Positions 48,991-55,673 of a DNA stretch of 55,673 bases are shown in pieces (within the stretch, counting starts at the first letter, position 1; each line of letters begins with the position of its first letter). Source of the DNA: Toensbergia leucococca (lineage: Eukaryota). The DNA lies in assembly GCA_022813965.1 (NCBI GenBank), contig JALDZS010000156.1, forward strand, positions 1 through 55,673, written 5' to 3'. A model generated the notes under the pieces. It worked only from the letters and a program-made list of their open reading frames with translations, was not told the origin of the DNA and did no database searches. Made by a program: the position numbers and the translations under genes.

Positions 48991-50461
48991 CTAAATCAGA
49001 CTTTTCGATGCTAGGTCCAAAAGAACTTTGATTTGTGTCCAGCGTCGGATTAAGACATCCCGAGCGCCTGCTGGAAAGGTTTTACCCCCTTCCTGGAACC
49101 CTTCAAGTGCCTTGTCTGCTTCGGCTTTGTATTCTTGTATTAACGAATTAATGAACGAGTCCGCCTTGCTCTGATCGTTGTATTCCAAATCAACGTCATT
49201 GCCAGCCACAAATTTGTGCCAGTTGCGCGTATCGAGAGTTTGAGTGCGAATGGCGACTTGTGTCCTCCAGCATACGCCTTCGTGGTCAAGAATGTACTTC
49301 CTACTATTGATCAGATGGATTATGAGTTCGATTGTGGGGATTGGGTAAGACATACCCCAAGTAGCCAACGCCATCTAAACGCTCCTTTTGGAGCCGTGTC
49401 ATTGGAGGCCTAAGAACGAGATCGTCAAGTAGCAGAGTATCCCACTTGTTCTCCTCCAAGATGAACCCATATTCTGTTAACAAAAAGTCATTATTGTGAC
49501 TCCCGTACGTGACGAATACCTCTTCTTCAGACTCAAATGCTCTGTTACTAGTAATGGTAAGACCCATGTCATCAAAAGACACGTTGCAGCCTTCGACTGC
49601 ATGATTGAAGTAATCAGCAAACGGGCAAAGAACCAGACAATCCTCCGGAGACAGTTTTTGTGTTGCCCTGGGCGCTTCAAAATAAAAGGATCGCGTGTTG
49701 ACAATTAACCAATAGTAGGTGTAAGTGTCTAGGTCAGCATTCGGGAGTACTGTCGAAACCTTGTCCCAATCTTTTTTCAACTTGCGCTTCTGCTTATGCA
49801 ACAGACTTCTATTTCCGTTCTGGATCGAATCGCTTAGCACTACTGTACCAAATTGGCCGCCAATACCTGGAGGAAGTGGACAGAAGCCATGAGTTGATAA
49901 GGAATTTGCGTCGTTACCGTTACATTTTCTTGACCCAGTGGGATCTGTGCAGAGGATTTTGCCGTCCTTTTCTGTTGAACTTGAAGGTGAGAGTAACTGC
50001 TTCGATTCTTCAGAAAGATGATGGAATATTTCTGTGACCTCGTCTGGCCACATTATTGGCATCGAATCTACAAAATCTTGCATTGATGGCCACGTAGCTC
50101 GCCATGAGGCGTAAGGAGATGCACAGGGAGGCTCTCCAAACCCCAGGTACGAAGCCAATAGACCGTGAACAGAAATATCTTGGTGTAAACTTCTGAACTT
50201 TTGTGGAATTGAGTCTGTAGTGAACAAAGCTGAAACGGGAACATGTACCAATTCCTCACCGGCCTTGCTCTCATTAGCTCCCAAAATTTGACAACTTCAT
50301 GGGAAAAAAAGCTCGCATTGTCTGTTTTCGAGTACCTGAATCTTCCGTTTAGCTGCGATGCCCAGTCCGCGGCCTGGAAAGCTAGTAGGAGCTACAGCAT
50401 TAATCTTGACTCCCTGCTCCTCAGCCCACAAGGTGAAAAGTTGATGTTGATTTCCTTCCAT
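48991..50461 (-). CDS. SET-domain protein-lysine methyltransferase, Rkm2/Set11-like (3 exons)
   Basis: Exon 1 is absent from the ORF track: ATG 50461 'MEGNQHQLFTLWAEEQGVKINAVAPTSFPGRGLGIAA'. Introns 50264-50335 and 49301-49355. Motifs 'WLIVNTRSFY', 'LCPFADYFNH' and 'VTYGSHNNDFLLTEYGF'. Confidence 0.9.
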
Positions 50462-50800
50462 GATTTAGGAGGCAGTGTTTGTTTCATATAAGTGCAACGA
50501 TGGTGACGTTGGACAGTCGCTGGAAATCGGAATGTGAATAAGGTAAGCTTGCCCTGCCAAGAAGCGCATTGTCCGGATAGGCACATGATCTACGCAGGGA
50601 TTTCTGACCAATGAAAGCTGCATTTGAGGAAATACTCTTCCGCATTTTCAATACCGCCGACTTCCATGTCAATCAATTTCAAGCTACAAGACATTACAGA
50701 CTTATCGAGTATGATTTGGACTTGCATGGATATCTAACGAAATCACCATATCCGAGATCGCAGAAGCGCTCACCTAGTCTAGCGACAATCTTCTACAACT

Positions 50801-51808
<1,008 letters not shown>

Positions 51809-52069
51809 TGTATGGCGCAAGGTCACTAGATCTGGATACTAGTGATAACTTAGACTCGCCGCCTCTGATAGCGGAGATGCGGAGTACTGTGAATCTATTT
51901 AGATTTGCATTCATGTATAGAGCAATAGGATGTTGATACGCACATCACATATGATGACACAGAAACTCCATTCATCCCAAGTATTTCTTCCCTAGGACTT
52001 GAAGTACATCTTGGCGTTGAGTTTCACCATTCAACCCACCCTTCGCAGGTCACTCTTCACCACACAATC

Positions 52070-52894
52070 ATGCTCCTTCTCGGTCTAACCGGTTCCATCG
52101 CAACGGGCAAATCCACCGTCTCCCGCCTCCTGTCCCAACCTCCCTATTCCCTCCCTATTATCGACGCTGATCTCCTTGCCCGCAAAGTTGTCGAACCCGG
52201 CACTAGAGGTTACGCTGCCATCCTTGCGCACTTTTCCTCGACAACCCCCGACCTCCTGCTTTCCCCATCTTCACAATCACCCCAAAATAATGTCAACAGT
52301 AAAGGTAAACAGCTTGATCGGGCTGCACTGGGTAGGAGAGTCTTTGGTGATGGGGAAGATAGAAAAAGGGATCGTGCAGTTCTGAATGGGATTGTTCACC
52401 CGGCTGTGAGGTGGGAAATGTACAAAGCACTTCTACGCTACTATATACAAGGATACTGGGCAGTGGTACTGGATATACCGCTGCTATTTGAATCTGGACT
52501 GGATGTCATGTGTGGGGTTGTGATGGTCGTGGCGGTGAAAGACCCTGTTCTGCAGATGCGGAGATTGAGGGAAAGGGACAAGCATTTGAGTGGTAGGGAA
52601 GCAGAAGATCGGGTGAAGAGCCAAGGAGATGTGAGGGAGAAGGCGAGGAGGGCAGAGGCTAGGGGTCAAGGCAGGGGAGTGGTGGTTTGGAATGATGGGG
52701 GGAGAGAGGAGCTGGAAAACGAGGTCGGGAAGGTCATCAGGGAACTTCAGAGGGGGAGTCCGAAATGGTGGGCTTGGTTTTTGATTTGGTCGCCCGTATT
52801 GGGAGGGTTGGTAGGGGTATGGAGTATGGTGTTGGCTTGGTGGGCAAGAAGGAGATGGGAGGAGGGCAAGAAAAGGGAGAAAGCTAAGTTGTGA
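52070..52894 (+). CDS. CAB5: Dephospho-CoA kinase (CoaE) with C-terminal TM anchor
   Basis: 'LGLTGSIATGKSTVS' P-loop, 'IIDADLLARKVVEPG', 'LDRAALGRRVF', 'LNGIVHPAV' and 'VLDIPLLFE'. Confidence 0.96.
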   Translation: MLLLGLTGSIATGKSTVSRLLSQPPYSLPIIDADLLARKVVEPGTRGYAAILAHFSSTTPDLLLSPSSQSPQNNVNSKGKQLDRAALGRRVFGDGEDRKRDRAVLNGIVHPAVRWEMYKALLRYYIQGYWAVVLDIPLLFESGLDVMCGVVMVVAVKDPVLQMRRLRERDKHLSGREAEDRVKSQGDVREKARRAEARGQGRGVVVWNDGGREELENEVGKVIRELQRGSPKWWAWFLIWSPVLGGLVGVWSMVLAWWARRRWEEGKKREKAKL

Positions 52895-53205
52895 TCTTTT
52901 AGGGGCATTCGAGCCATGTTGGTATACTCTGCTTTGTTCTGCATTTCACATTCCGCGTTCATCAAGATGCAATATATGGATTGATGATCTTGCTATGGGA
53001 ACGAATCTCGCTACTATGGAACTGAGCAATACAGCTGTTCTGTCTTCTCTGCACACAAAGAGTCTTTCATATCTACTGCCCACACTATGATGGACAGACT
53101 TTCAATGTTCTGGGTTTGTGAATTTTGTGATGTCTGGCTAGGGGGAAAGGTGTTCCTTTTTTTAGCCTTTGTTTCTATTCACCCTACCACGACGCCGAGC
53201 CACTA

Positions 53206-55212
53206 ATGAGTCGTCGACGAGGGTACAAGCAAGCTATGCTCGATAATATCAAGCTCGAAGAGATGGACCCGGGCAATCCTAAGCCATGGGTACCTCTTGC
53301 GGGCCGAGAGAAGGAAGCTAATAGAAGAATGTGCGTTGAGGCTATCTCCACCGCACCTGCCTCTTCCGAAGCAAGAGCACAGTCCTGCCGCCTCTGGAGA
53401 TGCTTGACGGACTGTGACGAAAGCCTGGGCTATCATTTTCAAGTCTATGTTGCCCAGCGTTCGGAAATTGTACGAGTAAGTATGTGTTTTTATCTCCCAC
53501 ATGTAGAAATTCGAAGACGGGGAGAAATTCCAAAAGAAGATGGAATAAGAAAAGGAGAAATAGTGAATGTCAATGTTGAAGAAGGAGGAAAAGCGAAGGT
53601 GGAAGCACAGGAAGAGGAACCCATCACGAAAAAGTTGCCCTTCGTTCTGCCACCACCGTTGACTGCAAAAGCTCCATCACAAAACGACAACAAAAAGGTC
53701 AAAGCTTCAGTAACACCGCCGGCACAGACAGGAAAATCCAAACCCAAGGCCCAAAAAATTAGGCTCCCAATTCCCTTACCATCTCCATCACCATCCCCAC
53801 CACCATCTCCATCACCGTCTCCATCACCGTCTCCTCCAACGTCTCCATCAGAGTCTCTATCAGACTCTCCACCACCATCTCCACCAGCATCTCCAACACC
53901 ATCTCCGTCAGAATCTTCTTCCGAATCTCCGTCTAAATCGCCAGCGCAGTCCCCACCACAATCCCCGCTAGCATCCCTCCGAACATCTTCATCATCATCC
54001 TCGTCATCCTCGTCATCATCTTCGAAATCCCCTCCAACGCAATCGCCGCAATCCTTAAAATCCAGCCTTCGCCGCGTGCAAATTACACCTTCGCCGACAA
54101 ACGTTGCCCTCCCCAAGAAGGTTGTGCATTGGGCAGAGCATCCATCCATTAGAACCTTTAGCGACTCGTCCATAATGTCTTCCTCGTCCGAGTCATCCTG
54201 CGTTGATCCGCCCCCGCCAGCAAAGCTTCCTAAAACCCCCTTCTACTCTTTCACCACAGACCATTCACTGCTACCATTTCCAACAAAGCCAGATGCGAAT
54301 CCAGTACCAGATTATGTACCAAAAAAAGCGACCAAAAATAATCGATTTTCATGGTCGACTTCTTCCTCTAGCGAAGTCGATTTAGATCAATTCGAACCCG
54401 AATCAACATCTTTCAAATCTAGCTCTCGCGCAGCACAAGAGTCCATTCGTCGCGTCCGAGATTGGACGTTGGATGCACCACTTTCGTATAGGATTCTCAA
54501 CAACATCCACGTCACCCCCCAACAGAACACGCCCCCACCATCATCTTCGCCACCGCGCATCCACCACCGCGTAGTGTCTAGACGCAAACCCGCCAGGAAT
54601 GTCAACACTTCCTCTGCAATCTCATCTCCAAGCATCGGCTTCAGCGCAGTCGACCACCCTGCAGCTTCCCTCTTTAGCAATCGTATCCCACAGCGTCGTT
54701 ATACTCCCTCTCCGGCCTCGAGTGTCTACATCTACGCGGATACCAATGTTGATCCTCCCTTCCCTCCCCAGTCCCCTCAACTCGTCCAAGCTCCTCGCTC
54801 TCGTCACGGAGTCCATGACATCAGAGTCAAAGCTGGACACCGAATGCGGGGAGAAGCTACTGGACAAGTCCATGTACCGCCACCGAGTACGCCAATAAGG
54901 TCAGGTACTCGAGGTGGTACCACCTCCGGAATACCTAGCTTTTTCTCCCGCAATGACAGCACTCGTCCAACAGAGCGACTAAAAGCAATAAAGGAGGACA
55001 CCGAGGAAGAGACCGAGCGCGAGAAGCAGAAACGTAGGGATGCAAGAAGTCATCGAAGACCTGCTGGTCCGGAATACGCTGAGGAGACTAAGCGCGAGAA
55101 GAAGCCGAGGCGGGCTAGAGGGTATAGACGGCCTGAGGTGCAGAGCATGACTGATGAGGATTATGGGGTTCGGATTGACCCTGAGACGGGGCTGACGTGG
55201 CGTGATACGTGA
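53206..55212 (+). CDS. Ser/Pro-rich low-complexity hypothetical protein
   Basis: 668-codon open frame with (SP)n and poly-S tracts and a charged C-terminus. The 5' structure is uncertain: upstream exons are possible and there is an unresolved GTAAGT at 53476. Confidence 0.65.
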   Translation: MSRRRGYKQAMLDNIKLEEMDPGNPKPWVPLAGREKEANRRMCVEAISTAPASSEARAQSCRLWRCLTDCDESLGYHFQVYVAQRSEIVRVSMCFYLPHVEIRRRGEIPKEDGIRKGEIVNVNVEEGGKAKVEAQEEEPITKKLPFVLPPPLTAKAPSQNDNKKVKASVTPPAQTGKSKPKAQKIRLPIPLPSPSPSPPPSPSPSPSPSPPTSPSESLSDSPPPSPPASPTPSPSESSSESPSKSPAQSPPQSPLASLRTSSSSSSSSSSSSSKSPPTQSPQSLKSSLRRVQITPSPTNVALPKKVVHWAEHPSIRTFSDSSIMSSSSESSCVDPPPPAKLPKTPFYSFTTDHSLLPFPTKPDANPVPDYVPKKATKNNRFSWSTSSSSEVDLDQFEPESTSFKSSSRAAQESIRRVRDWTLDAPLSYRILNNIHVTPQQNTPPPSSSPPRIHHRVVSRRKPARNVNTSSAISSPSIGFSAVDHPAASLFSNRIPQRRYTPSPASSVYIYADTNVDPPFPPQSPQLVQAPRSRHGVHDIRVKAGHRMRGEATGQVHVPPPSTPIRSGTRGGTTSGIPSFFSRNDSTRPTERLKAIKEDTEEETEREKQKRRDARSHRRPAGPEYAEETKREKKPRRARGYRRPEVQSMTDEDYGVRIDPETGLTWRDT

Positions 55213-55673
55213 TTGTTGGGGCTGATGGTGTGGTTGGAGTGGGGTGTTTGGAAAAGGAGGGGCGTGAGATGGGGTGGGAGGTGGTAATGGAAATGGTGAG
55301 AGTGGAGATATGTCTGGAATGGGCAACGGAGGAGTGATGTTCTGATGAATGCGTGGATGGATAGCTGAGAGTAAGGCGGAGGCTGCGGATTTTGAGCTGA
55401 GTGTTGGCTTTTCTTTTATCGAGTCTTGCCTTTTAGTAGCATGTGCAATTGCTTTTTTGTGCTGCAGACATGTATTGAATAGCTTTATCTTTATTCGCTT
55501 CGGAATCTACATCTTCTCTCTCCAAATTCAGCATCACTCAGACTTCAGATCGTCTTCCCTGCCTGCAGCTCCTCTCAACCTGCTGCCCCCCCCCTTGTTT
55601 GTTTGGAGGGCTGAGCGTTTCTTGGAGCAAATGCATAGAGTCAGAAGGATGGTTTTTTGGTGACTGGGGAACG

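Noticed and set aside
53490..54173. 227-aa antisense (GD)n ORF
   Set aside because: Shadow frame of the (SP)n coding repeat on the opposite strand.

Overview
Intron-containing genomic DNA from a filamentous ascomycete (Pezizomycotina, inferred from short GT-AG introns with CTAAC/CTGAC branch sites and from gene content). I reconstructed about 20 genes by splicing the ORF track by hand. Core genes: fatty-acid elongase, ketopantoate reductase, Aro8-type aminotransferase, YIH1/IMPACT, nmrA, asparaginase-ankyrin, SET methyltransferase, CFIm25, dephospho-CoA kinase, a Zn2Cys6 transcription factor, and LCCL and DUF1996 proteins. Three accessory patches interrupt them. (1) 9.4-13.6 kb: a C-terminally degenerate DUF3328/UstYa-type oxidase and, beyond the elongase, a 24-bp minisatellite that reads (MHDGAFHS)n and seems to sit at the start of a cryptic spliced gene. 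(2) 18.8-26 kb: a CpG-free decayed tract, an intronless HeLo-ankyrin protein and an orphan pseudogene. (3) 37-44.5 kb: decayed sequence, a NACHT-ankyrin NLR and a tyrosinase pseudogene with two frameshifts and a nonsense codon. The best leads are a possible decaying fungal RiPP (dikaritin-type) locus, which is speculative, and the immune genes (NTPase-less HeLo-ANK plus an NLR). I found no rRNA, tRNA or CRISPR array. Family calls come from motif recognition only; no searches were run.
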